64,000 bases of DNA, from assembly GCA_028282585.1 (NCBI GenBank), contig JANQHR010000020.1, positions 55,212 through 119,211 of the forward strand. The letters are read 5' to 3'. Positions 47,406-57,800 of this stretch are shown piece after piece. The stretch's first letter is position 1; each line of letters begins with the position of its first letter. Origin of the DNA: Bacteroidales bacterium. Its GTDB lineage: Bacteria; Bacteroidota; Bacteroidia; Bacteroidales; UBA12077. The position numbers and the translations under genes are program-made. A model generated the notes under the pieces. It made no database searches and was not told the origin of the DNA. It worked only from the letters and a program-made list of their open reading frames with translations.

Positions 47406-48239
47406 CTACTTCGTTCTAATATGAACATCCCTCTGTGGAAAAGGAATCTGAATTTTGTGTACACGAAATTGTTTATCAATCTCAAAACGGATATCACTTT
47501 TGGTATTTTCAACATAAAAAGAATCATCTGTCCAAAAAAATACCTGAAACTCTAATGAAGAATCACCAAAACTATTGAAACGCACAAAAGGATCAGGATT
47601 TTTAGCAACTTTTGGATGGCTTATAGCACAATCGTGTAAAACCTTTTCAACCAATCTTACATCGGAACCATAGGCTACCCCAACATCAACCGAAAATCGG
47701 GTCAACTTTTGAATATGACTCCAGTTTACCACATGCTCTGTTATAAATTTTGAATTTGGAATAATATGAATAATATTATCACGAGTTTCAATTTTGGTAT
47801 TTCTAAAGCCTACTTCTTTTACCTTGCCTATTTCATCCTCAACTTCAACCACATCGTTAACCTTCATATTGCCTTCAAAAAGTAATATTAAGCCTGAAAC
47901 AATGTCCTTAAATATTTCTTGAAGTCCTAATCCCAAGCCTACCAATAATGCTGCCGAACCAGCTAAAAGAAAAGTAAGTCTTAATCCTACGGTCTGCAGC
48001 ACTAACAAAATGGCAACTGTCCAAAGGAAGTATTTGGTAAGCCTGTAAATAGTATGGCTTTTACCAATATCAATACCTGGTCTTGGATAAATCCGTTTTT
48101 TAAATATCCTGCTTATAGTCCAGATCATGATTTCTGTGATAATCAGGATCAATGCTGCCATTAACAGGCTATAAACTGTTATGTGAATATTGGCTTTTTC
48201 TATTAAGGTATAATTCAGAATTTCCTTTAAGTTCATCAT
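47406..48239 (-). CDS. Small-conductance mechanosensitive channel (MscS family)
   Basis: GLGLGLQEIFKDIVSG, IIPNSKF, VGVAYGSD, FGDSSLEF, IQIPFPQRDVH. Confidence 0.93.
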   Translation of the reverse strand: MMNLKEILNYTLIEKANIHITVYSLLMAALILIITEIMIWTISRIFKKRIYPRPGIDIGKSHTIYRLTKYFLWTVAILLVLQTVGLRLTFLLAGSAALLVGLGLGLQEIFKDIVSGLILLFEGNMKVNDVVEVEDEIGKVKEVGFRNTKIETRDNIIHIIPNSKFITEHVVNWSHIQKLTRFSVDVGVAYGSDVRLVEKVLHDCAISHPKVAKNPDPFVRFNSFGDSSLEFQVFFWTDDSFYVENTKSDIRFEIDKQFRVHKIQIPFPQRDVHIRTK

Positions 48240-49036
48240 TCTTCGGTTTTATTATTTAATTCAAATTCATGTTGAAGAATTTGACGTAACCTGTTAGGAC
48301 CAATATTTTGCTCAATGGTCTCTTGTTTGGCAAAAGAAATAGCCCCTGTTTCCTCCGACACAATTACAACTATAGCATCGGTCTTTTCTGCAATTCCCAG
48401 TGCAGCCCGGTGGCGCATCCCAAATTTGGCCGGAATATCATGTCTGTCTGTCGTAGGTAAAATGCAACGTGCAGCTGCAATTTTATCTTCTTTAATAATA
48501 ACTGCACCATCGTGTAACGGACTATTCTTAAAGAAGATACTCTCTAAAAGCCGGCTCGAAGTATCAGCATTTAAAACATCTCCGGTTCTTATGAAACTTA
48601 ATAAATCGGATTTTTTGGAAATAGCTATTAAAGCTCCCGTTTTAAAAGCCGACATATTGGAACATGCGTTTACAATCGAATCAATTTTTACCACCGACTC
48701 TTCTTTTTCTCCAAATGAAAAGAACTTTTCAAACTTAAACTTACGATTAGTAATATAACGGGTACTAATTATTAATAGAAATCTTCTTATTTCCTGTTGG
48801 AATACTATTAGCAAAGCAATAACTCCAACCCCAATAACCTGTCCCAATATATTACTGAGCAGTTCCATATTTAAGGCTTGCACTAAAAGCCACAAAAGGT
48901 AAAGTGAGAAAATCCCGATAAATATGTTAATAGCCGTTGTTCCCCTAATCAAATTATAAATCTGGTATAATAAAAATGCTACCAAAAGTATATCCAGGAT
49001 ATCCAAAAATCGTATCGAAATAAAAGCTGTTAGCAT
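48236..49036 (-). CDS. cdaA: Diadenylate cyclase CdaA/DacA
   Basis: Three TM helices, FQQEIRR, SPLHDGA, GMRHRAA, VSEETG. Confidence 0.95.
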   Translation of the reverse strand: MLTAFISIRFLDILDILLVAFLLYQIYNLIRGTTAINIFIGIFSLYLLWLLVQALNMELLSNILGQVIGVGVIALLIVFQQEIRRFLLIISTRYITNRKFKFEKFFSFGEKEESVVKIDSIVNACSNMSAFKTGALIAISKKSDLLSFIRTGDVLNADTSSRLLESIFFKNSPLHDGAVIIKEDKIAAARCILPTTDRHDIPAKFGMRHRAALGIAEKTDAIVVIVSEETGAISFAKQETIEQNIGPNRLRQILQHEFELNNKTEE

Positions 49037-49090
49037 AGAAAATTTTAAAAGTTAATTACCAACTTTAAACAAATTTAATAAATTATATGG

Positions 49091-49975
49091 TCAATCGTAC
49101 CAATTATCAACTTTTGCGCTTAAAAACTTCTTCGAAAGCTTTATAGTTTCTTTAGCCTCTTTTACATCGTGCACGCGTAAAATATTAGCACCACCAAGCA
49201 ATGCGAAAGTATTTAATACAGATGTACCATTCAGTGCTTCATCGGGTTTAATTTCCAATACTTTATTAATTATCGATTTTCTGGAAACTCCTACCAATAA
49301 AGGCAATTCAAAGATCTTAAAATCATCAAGATGCTTTAATAGTTGATAATTATGATCTACAGTTTTACCAAATCCAAATCCCGGATCAAGAATCACATCA
49401 TTTAATCCCATAAGATTTAACTTTTCCAGTTTAATTGAGAAGTAACTGATGATTTCTTTAACCACATTCGTATATTGAGGATCTTGCTGCATATTCCTTG
49501 GCACTCCCTTCATGTGCATCATAATATATGGAACATTCAAATCGGCTACTACTTCATGCATTTTATCATCCAGATCACCTGCCGAGATATCGTTAATTAT
49601 ATTAACATTAAATTCCTTAATTACTTTTTTTGCAACCTCGGAACGAAAGGTATCTACCGAAATTATTATATCAGGAAAATCTTTTCTAACTAAATCCAAT
49701 ACAGATAATAACCTGCTTAGTTCCTTATCAGAACTAACATCTTTGGCTCCCGGACGTGATGAATACGCTCCAATATCCAAGATATCACAACCTTCTGATA
49801 ACATTCTATTCAGTTGTTTCATAATTTCCAAATCGGAGTTATATTTACCTCCATCATAAAAAGAATCAGTCGTAACATTTAAGATTCCCATAACTTTAGG
49901 TTCACTTAAATCAATTAATTCTCCCCTGCAATTGATCGTTTGTTTTCTTGAAAAAAATGTATCTTTAGGCTGCAT
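49091..49975 (-). CDS. folP: Dihydropteroate synthase
   Basis: MGILNVTTDSFYDGG, SSRPGA, DPGFGFGK, GVSRKS, LRVHDV. Confidence 0.97.
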   Translation of the reverse strand: MQPKDTFFSRKQTINCRGELIDLSEPKVMGILNVTTDSFYDGGKYNSDLEIMKQLNRMLSEGCDILDIGAYSSRPGAKDVSSDKELSRLLSVLDLVRKDFPDIIISVDTFRSEVAKKVIKEFNVNIINDISAGDLDDKMHEVVADLNVPYIMMHMKGVPRNMQQDPQYTNVVKEIISYFSIKLEKLNLMGLNDVILDPGFGFGKTVDHNYQLLKHLDDFKIFELPLLVGVSRKSIINKVLEIKPDEALNGTSVLNTFALLGGANILRVHDVKEAKETIKLSKKFLSAKVDNWYD

Positions 49976-50078
49976 TTTAGTTGTATTTACTTTATCACAA
50001 ATGTAATAATTTGATTTTAGGAAAGTTCTATGACTAATGCATAAAATATGGTATTGAAATTAATTTATAAAATTAAGA

Positions 50079-50765
50079 ATGGGATTTATTGTTATTGAAG
50101 GATTAGATGGTTCCGGAAAATCAACGCAACTTAAAAAACTTAGAGAATATTTAGAAGAAAATAAAGTTAATTATGAATACCTTCATTTTCCTCGCACCAA
50201 TTCAAAAATCTATGGAGAATTAATAGCAAAATTCTTAAGAGGTGAACTTGGTGATTTAAATACTGTAAATCCATATTTAATTGCACTTATTTATGCTGGA
50301 GACAGAAATGATGCAAAAGGAATGATTAAAAATTGGTTAAATGAAGAAAAACTTGTTATTGTAGACAGATATGTATACTCTAGTATTGCTTTTCGATGTG
50401 CCAAGCTTACAGATAAAACAGAAATTGAAAAATTAACCGATTGGATTTTAGATTTAGAATATAATTACCATCAAATTCCTAAACCTGCATTGAGCATATT
50501 TCTTAATGTACCTTTTGAATTTACAAGGAAGAACCTAACCAAGCAAAGAACTGGTGATGATCGTAATTATTTAAATGGCAAGGAAGATATTCACGAGAAA
50601 GATATTGATTTTCAAAACAAGGTAAGAAACGTTTATTTAAGAGAAGTAAAAAAAGATAAAAATCTAAAAATTATCGATTGTGCAAATTCTTCAGGTGAAA
50701 TGTCAAATCCTGATGAAATATTTGCCAAAATTATTGAATTATTAAAAAGCGAAAATATAATCTAA
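50079..50765 (+). CDS. tmk: Thymidylate (dTMP) kinase
   Basis: IEGLDGSGKSTQ P-loop, VDRYVYSS, DIHE. Confidence 0.92.
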   Translation: MGFIVIEGLDGSGKSTQLKKLREYLEENKVNYEYLHFPRTNSKIYGELIAKFLRGELGDLNTVNPYLIALIYAGDRNDAKGMIKNWLNEEKLVIVDRYVYSSIAFRCAKLTDKTEIEKLTDWILDLEYNYHQIPKPALSIFLNVPFEFTRKNLTKQRTGDDRNYLNGKEDIHEKDIDFQNKVRNVYLREVKKDKNLKIIDCANSSGEMSNPDEIFAKIIELLKSENII

Positions 50766-50778
50766 AAAACATTTAACA

Positions 50779-51942
50779 ATGAAAACTTTAAATAACATTA
50801 GCCGGTTTGTTGTAGGAGTTGTTTTTATTTTTTCTGGATTTGTAAAGGCAATTGACCCTCTTGGGTCAACTTATAAATTCCATGATTATTTCGAAGCATT
50901 TGGAATGGATGCTCTTGGATTTCTTGCCTTTCCGTTAGCTATTTTAATAAGCTCGTTGGAGTTTGTTATAGGATTTTCCTTATTGTTTTCAACACGTAAA
51001 AAACTCACAGCATGGGCCTTACTCCTTTTTATGGCTTTTTTCACTATATTAACATTCATTTTAGCAATTTTTAACCCTGTTACCGATTGTGGATGTTTTG
51101 GAGATGCCATAATTATGACTAATTGGCAAACGTTCGGAAAAAATGTATTCTTAATGATTTTTACTTTAATATTATTTAGTACCCGAAACGATTTTGAGAT
51201 TAATTGGTCCGTAAAAAGACAATGGGGATTTATTATTCTTCCTTTCATTTTTAGCGTATTAGTTTCTGTTTATTGCTTTAACAATTTGCCCATAATGGAT
51301 TTTCGCCCGTATAGTATTGGAACCCATATACCAGAAAAAATGATTATTCCCGAAAATGCTCCAAAAGCTGAATATGAAACTATTTTGGTTTATCAAAAAG
51401 ATGGTATTGAAAAAGAGTTTACCTTGGAGAACCTGCCTGATACAACATGGGAGTGGGTATCTACTGAAAATAAATTAATCTCTGAAGGGTACATTCCTCC
51501 AATTCATGATTTTACGATTAGCACATCTTCAGGAAATGATATAACGGAAATAGTCTTAAATGATAACAAATTTACGTTTTTATTAATTGCTCATGATTTA
51601 AATAAAACCAATATCAAAAATATTGATCAAATTAATGAGCTTGCTAATTATGCCAAGGAATCAGGAGTTTGCAACTTTATTTGTTTAACTTCAGCTTTAG
51701 AAGAAGATATTAACGCATTCAAAGAAAAGACAAATGCTCCATATATGTTTTTCAATACTGATGAAATTACTTTAAAAACAATAATAAGAGCTAATCCTGG
51801 TTTAGTTTTATTAAAGAAAGGGACTATTCTTGATAAATGGCATCATAAGAATACACCATCAGTTGAAGAAATAAAAGAAGAATATCTGGAGAATCCGAAA
51901 TTGAAAAATCAGAATTCGAATGAAGATGAGATTGCTTCATAA
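50779..51942 (+). CDS. DoxX/MauE-domain membrane protein (BT_3928 family)
   Basis: FSGFVKAIDPLG, VTDCGCFGDA, DFRPY, TIIRANPG. Confidence 0.88.
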   Translation: MKTLNNISRFVVGVVFIFSGFVKAIDPLGSTYKFHDYFEAFGMDALGFLAFPLAILISSLEFVIGFSLLFSTRKKLTAWALLLFMAFFTILTFILAIFNPVTDCGCFGDAIIMTNWQTFGKNVFLMIFTLILFSTRNDFEINWSVKRQWGFIILPFIFSVLVSVYCFNNLPIMDFRPYSIGTHIPEKMIIPENAPKAEYETILVYQKDGIEKEFTLENLPDTTWEWVSTENKLISEGYIPPIHDFTISTSSGNDITEIVLNDNKFTFLLIAHDLNKTNIKNIDQINELANYAKESGVCNFICLTSALEEDINAFKEKTNAPYMFFNTDEITLKTIIRANPGLVLLKKGTILDKWHHKNTPSVEEIKEEYLENPKLKNQNSNEDEIAS

Positions 51943-52024
51943 TCGTATGTTACCCTTTAACAGTATCATGTTAACTGGCAACCAAAACAAATAACTGGGA
52001 AGCGAGCACAAGTAACTAGAAAGA

Positions 52025-53107
52025 ATGCTAAATTTTCTTACAAAACGGTTTTTATATGCTCTACTGGTTTTATGGGGTGTAATTAGTCTTGTATTTTTCC
52101 TATTCAATATTTTACCTGGAGATCCGGCCAAAATGATGATGGGACAACGCTCCGATATATCAACAATGGAATCGATACGAAAAGAATTGGGATTAGACAG
52201 GTCAACAGGAATGCAATATTTAAAATATTTAAATGACCTTTCACCAATCTCATTTCATAATTTTGTGGATGCGGAAAGTTATTTTTACCTTGATTCATCA
52301 AATTACGAAGCAAAAAAGCTTTTTAATATGTCTTCTGTTTCGGTTGTAGTATTAAAATTTCCTTATTTAAGAAGATCGTATCAAAGTAAGAAACCGGTTT
52401 CGGAAATCATAAGAGAAACCTTACCCAATACTTTTATACTGGCACTTGTATCCATTATTTTTGCTACATTTCTGGGGATCTTTTTGGGAGTCATTGCTGC
52501 TATTAAGAAAGATAGTTTTTTTGATCGTGCTTCACTTTTATTTTCTGCACTTGGTATGTCCCTTCCCTCCTTTTTTGCGGCTATTTTAATTGGTTGGATA
52601 TTCGCATTTATTTTGGGCGATTTAACCGGCTTAAACCTGACAGGGAATTTATATGAAATAGATGATTTTGGAGAGGGAATTCATCTTCAGCTAAAGAACC
52701 TAATTTTACCTGCATTTACTTTAGGAATACGTCCTTTAGCAATTGTTACCCAACTTTCAAGAAATTCTATGCTTGATGTGCTTTCTCAAGACTATATTAG
52801 AACTGCTAAAGCTAAAGGCTTGTCCTATAGTCGAATTATATGGAAACATGCCTTAAAAAACTCATTAAATCCTGTAATTACTGCTGTCTCAGGTTGGTTT
52901 GCATCTTTAATGGCAGGTGTTGTATTCGTGGAGTATATTTTCGGTTGGAAAGGGTTAGGATATGTTATTGTAGACTGCCTAAACAAATATGATTTACCTG
53001 TAATTATGGGCTGCGTATTAACTATTTCAATCATTTTCATTATTATTAATACACTTGTAGATATCCTTTATAGCTATCTTGATCCACGAATCCGTTTAAG
53101 TAATTAG
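52025..53107 (+). CDS. ABC transporter permease (OppB/DppB-like)
   Basis: LPGDPA, DYIRTAKAKGL (EAA loop), KHALKN, VDILYSYLDPRIR. Confidence 0.93.
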   Translation: MLNFLTKRFLYALLVLWGVISLVFFLFNILPGDPAKMMMGQRSDISTMESIRKELGLDRSTGMQYLKYLNDLSPISFHNFVDAESYFYLDSSNYEAKKLFNMSSVSVVVLKFPYLRRSYQSKKPVSEIIRETLPNTFILALVSIIFATFLGIFLGVIAAIKKDSFFDRASLLFSALGMSLPSFFAAILIGWIFAFILGDLTGLNLTGNLYEIDDFGEGIHLQLKNLILPAFTLGIRPLAIVTQLSRNSMLDVLSQDYIRTAKAKGLSYSRIIWKHALKNSLNPVITAVSGWFASLMAGVVFVEYIFGWKGLGYVIVDCLNKYDLPVIMGCVLTISIIFIIINTLVDILYSYLDPRIRLSN

Positions 53108-53193
53108 AAAGACATTTTTGGAATAAAACAAATCATTAAAGCGTAATATTTCTTATTTTTGGTAATACAATCACAATCCCAAATATTTTCAAT

Positions 53194-53946
53194 ATGAGAA
53201 AACAAATTGTAGCTGGTAACTGGAAAATGAACACAACTTTTTCAGATGGTACCGATTTAATTAAACAGATAATTTTAAAAGCTGATCCTGTAAAGAATAC
53301 ACAACTAGTTATAGCTCCACCATTTATACTCACACATGAAGCGTGTAAGTTAACTTCAAAAACGAAAATAGAAGTATCTGGTCAAAACTGCTCGAATAAG
53401 CCAAAAGGAGCCTTTACTGGTGAGGTTTCGGCTGAAATGCTTAAATCTGTGGATGCTAATTATGTTATTTTGGGTCATTCAGAAAGGCGCACATTTTATT
53501 ACGAAACCGATGAGTTGATAAATGAAAAAATAAAGATAAGTTTACAAAATAATCTTACTCCAATTATTTGTTGTGGTGAAGTGTTGGATGAAAGGGAAAA
53601 TAATGAGCACTTCGAAGTAGTTTCTAAACAAATAAAGGGGATGTTCTATGAAATCAATGCTGAGGATTTTAAAAATATAGTTATTGCATACGAACCTGTA
53701 TGGGCAATTGGTACTGGAAAAACAGCAACCCCTGTTCAGGCACAAGAAATGCATAAATTTATTAGAGAAACCATTATGAACTCATATGGATCAGAAATTG
53801 CTGAAAATCTTTCTATTCTTTATGGAGGAAGCTGTAAACCTTCAAATGCAAAAGAGTTATTTGCAAATCCTGATGTTGATGGAGGCTTAATTGGCGGTGC
53901 TTCGCTTAGTGCTGATGATTTTATTACTATTGCTAACTCATTTTAA
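53194..53946 (+). CDS. tpiA: Triosephosphate isomerase
   Basis: AGNWKMN, GHSERR, AYEPVWAIGTG, LYGGS, GGLIGGASL. Confidence 0.98.
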   Translation: MRKQIVAGNWKMNTTFSDGTDLIKQIILKADPVKNTQLVIAPPFILTHEACKLTSKTKIEVSGQNCSNKPKGAFTGEVSAEMLKSVDANYVILGHSERRTFYYETDELINEKIKISLQNNLTPIICCGEVLDERENNEHFEVVSKQIKGMFYEINAEDFKNIVIAYEPVWAIGTGKTATPVQAQEMHKFIRETIMNSYGSEIAENLSILYGGSCKPSNAKELFANPDVDGGLIGGASLSADDFITIANSF

Positions 53947-53954
53947 AAATATCT

Positions 53955-54794
53955 ATGGATTATATAGAACTAATCTGTAAAATATCTGCACATAACGAAC
54001 AAGAAATAGCTGAGATTTTAACGGCTGAATTAAATGAAATTGGTTATGAAAGCTATGATGAAACTGATGATGGATTAAATGCTTACATACTGGAAAAATT
54101 CTTCGATATTAAGAAAGTAGAACAGCTCCAAGTTAACAGCATTCCAAATGTTACAATAGATTATTCACATAAAGTAATTAAAACCCAAAATTGGAACGAG
54201 GTATGGGAAAAAAACTTTGAACCAATTTTAATTGAGGATCAATGCCTTATCCGTGCTCCTTTTCATAACAATACTCCAAAAACAAAATTTGAAATTGTGA
54301 TAGAACCCAAGATGTCTTTCGGAACAGGACATCATGAAACAACCAACTTAATGCTAAAAACCATGCTAGGTCTTGATCTAAATGATAAAATAGTTTTGGA
54401 CATGGGTTGTGGAACAGGAGTATTGGCAATACTTGCGTCCATGAAGGGTGCTAAGGATATTACTGCTATAGATATTGATGAATGGGCCTACAATAATACC
54501 CTGGAAAATATAGGCAAAAATAATTGCCAAAATATCAAAGTATTTCAGGGAGACGCTGGCTTACTTGCTGATCAACATTTTGATATTATTATTGCGAATA
54601 TAAACCGAAATATCTTAATGGATGATATAAAACATTACTCAAAAGTTTTAAAACAGCATGGAACTTTATTATTAAGCGGATTATATAGCAAAGATCTGGC
54701 TATGATTAAAGAAGAAGCTTCTGAACATAATATTGAATACATTAATCATTTGGAAAAGCACAGTTGGGTTGCTGCAAGATTTTATAAAAAGTAA
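53955..54794 (+). CDS. prmA: Ribosomal protein L11 methyltransferase
   Basis: NWNEVWEK, IEPKMSFGTGHHETT, LDMGCGTG, ANINRN. Confidence 0.96.
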   Translation: MDYIELICKISAHNEQEIAEILTAELNEIGYESYDETDDGLNAYILEKFFDIKKVEQLQVNSIPNVTIDYSHKVIKTQNWNEVWEKNFEPILIEDQCLIRAPFHNNTPKTKFEIVIEPKMSFGTGHHETTNLMLKTMLGLDLNDKIVLDMGCGTGVLAILASMKGAKDITAIDIDEWAYNNTLENIGKNNCQNIKVFQGDAGLLADQHFDIIIANINRNILMDDIKHYSKVLKQHGTLLLSGLYSKDLAMIKEEASEHNIEYINHLEKHSWVAARFYKK

Positions 54795-54805
54795 AATGTA
54801 TCACG

Positions 54806-57800
54806 ATGAAAAAATGTCTACTTAAAGGTTTTATGGTTTTCTTTTTTGGATTTCTTTATTTCTCTTCCATAGCGCAAGAAACTGAAGAAAACCTGAAAGA
54901 CACCACTTTATTTATTGAACAGTTTGAAGAATATGTAAATAGAAACCTGTCCGAGGCTGTTGAAGATAGCTTAGAATCTTTTATTGAAAAATGGAATACA
55001 GGTTATTTTTCGCATGATGTAAAAGATCGTTTCGAAAATGTTTATAATTTTATGCTTAACAATAAAGCCCGCCGTAACCCGCATATATTAAAATATTTCG
55101 AATTGGTTATGACTTTTCATCGTCTGGATGATTCAATGAAACATTATGATAATTGGGAAAAGGGAATCTATTTTATTTTCGAAAATGAAAAATATCCCTT
55201 AAGAATAGTAACTGACTATTTTAAAAATATTAAAACTTTAATTGAAGAAAATTTGATCTACAGTACTGCTTCAACAAAATGGTATGCTAATTCTGATAAT
55301 TATAAATTTGTAGTAAATGATCAATTAAAAATTATTTTTGATAAAACCGATATAACATGTAAAATTAAAGAAGATACCATTGGTATTTTTGAAACAAGCG
55401 GCGAGTTTTTCCCTATAACTCATCAATGGTTGGGTAAAGAAGGTTTTGTCACATGGGAACGAGCAGATTATGATCCTCAGAAAGTTAGAGCCGAATTCAA
55501 TAAGTATAAAATAGATTTCTCCAGGTCTACATATCAGGTTGATTCCGCTATTTTCTTTAATAAGATGTATTTTGATGAACCAATTTTAGGCAAATTTACT
55601 GACCAGGTAGTTCATATTATGAATCCTAGTACCGCTATCTATCCTGAATTTGATTCTTATAAAAAAAGATTTCAGGTTGAAGATATATATCCCGATATTG
55701 ATTATGATGGTGGTTTTTCCATGAAAGGAGCTAACCTGATGGGTTCTGGAGATAATGAAAAAAAGGCAGCACTTTACATACAAAAAAATGACACGCTTAT
55801 AATTACAGCTGTGGCAAACAATTTTATGTTTGGAAATGGAAGAATTGTTTCTAATAATGCCCAAGTTAAAATTCATATGGAAAATGATTCTATTTTTCAT
55901 CCCGGCATATCATTTAACTATACTCCGCGAGTAAAAGAGGTATCATTAACTCCTTCAGAACGAATTGTTTCTAAAAGTCCGTTTTTTAATTCATATCATC
56001 AAATTTCAATGAATTTTGATAGGCTGCTTTGGCGTCTGGATGATGATAAAATATATTTAACTAAACGAAGAGCTGCTGCTATCGGTAATGCTACATTTAC
56101 CTCATCTAGTTTTTATAACCTTATTGAATTTGAAAGAATCATGTTGCGGGATCAATTCCATCCACTATTAGTTTTAAGAAACTACTCCAATAAGATTAAT
56201 TCAGAAGTATTCACTGGAGCAGAACTTGCAAAATTTCTAGGTTATGATGATTACCAGATTAAGCAAATGCTAATGTATCTTAGTGTTGATGGTTTTATTT
56301 TCTACGATACCGATAAAGATGAAGCTATTATTAAACAAAAGCTCTATGATTTTATTGATGCAAGATTTGGAAAAATCGATTACGATGTGATCAAATTTCA
56401 ATCTGAGACCGAAGATTTAATACATAACGGAGTACTCGACTTAAATACCTTTGATCTTGAAATAAATGGCGTACCAAGTATATTCCTATCCGATTCTCAA
56501 AATGTAAAAATCTATCCAAGTCATAACAAAATTATCATGAAAAAAAATCGTGATTTTGATTTTGGTGGTACAATTGAAGCTGGATTATTTACTTTTTTCG
56601 GAGAAAATTTTGATTTTAGTTACGACACATTTAAAATTAATTTAAACAACATAGACTCTCTTCGAATTAAGGTTCAAACCGAAGAAAGAGATATGTATAA
56701 TAATCCGATTTTAGCACATGTGCATAATGCAATAGAAGAAATTACCGGTGAATTATTAATTGATGAACCTAATAATAAATCAGGCTTTCAAAGTTATCCG
56801 GAATACCCTGTTTTCAAGAGTAATCAAAACTCGTATGTATATTACGATGCTAATCATATATTTGGAGGAGTTTATAAAAGAGACAGCTTTTATTTTGAAC
56901 TGGATCCATTTGTAATTGACAGTTTAGATAACTTTAGTGTCCAGGGATTACAGTTTAGAGGAAGGTTCTACTCAACGAATATATTCCCTCCATTCGATGA
57001 CGCTTTATATATGAGACCAGATTTTTCTTTAGGTTTCAGAAGAGAAACTCCTTCCCGGGGATTTCCTTTATACGCCGGTAAAGGAACATATTATAACACA
57101 ATTGATTTAAGTAATCAAGGTTTAAAGGGCACTGGTACTTTAGAGTATCTTACTACCAGTGCACAAACCGATAGCATATTGTTTTTCCCTGACTCAACAC
57201 AAATTCACGCTGTAGACTTTACTCTGAGTCAAAGAACCACGGGTATAGAATTTCCCAAGTTACAATCAAACGAAGTAAATATTACCTGGTATCCATATAA
57301 AGATATTATGTATGCTAATCAAACCAAGGATCCATTTAATATGTATGGGAATAATACATTGCTGAGTGGTTCTTTAATTGTTAAACCTACAGGATTAAGT
57401 GGCAAGGGTACGTTAGATATGGAAAAAGCTAAAATGAAATCAAAACTATTTGATTTTAAGGCAAATAGCTTTAGTTCTGATACAACGACTTTTGCCTTGA
57501 AATCATTGGATAAGAGCGATTTTAATTTTACAACAAATAACTTAAATGGAGAAGTAGACTTTACCACTCAATCAGGTGATTTTAATTCAAACAACTCATA
57601 TACCATCGCTAATTTTCCTAAAAATTTATACGAAAGCTATTTAGATAAATTTAATTGGAGTATTGTAAAAGATGAAATAGCAATTGAATCAAGTTCTCAA
57701 ATTGATCCGACAGCATCGGATGACGTTAAAAAATTGGCCGAATTAAAAGATGATAATTTGCCGGGTGCATTATACTTATCTGTTCATAGAAGTCAGGATT

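Noticed and set aside
47180-47527. 115-aa hydrophobic ORF on the minus strand
   Set aside because: Overlaps mscS by 122 nt in another frame; its composition reflects very AT-rich DNA and it has no motif
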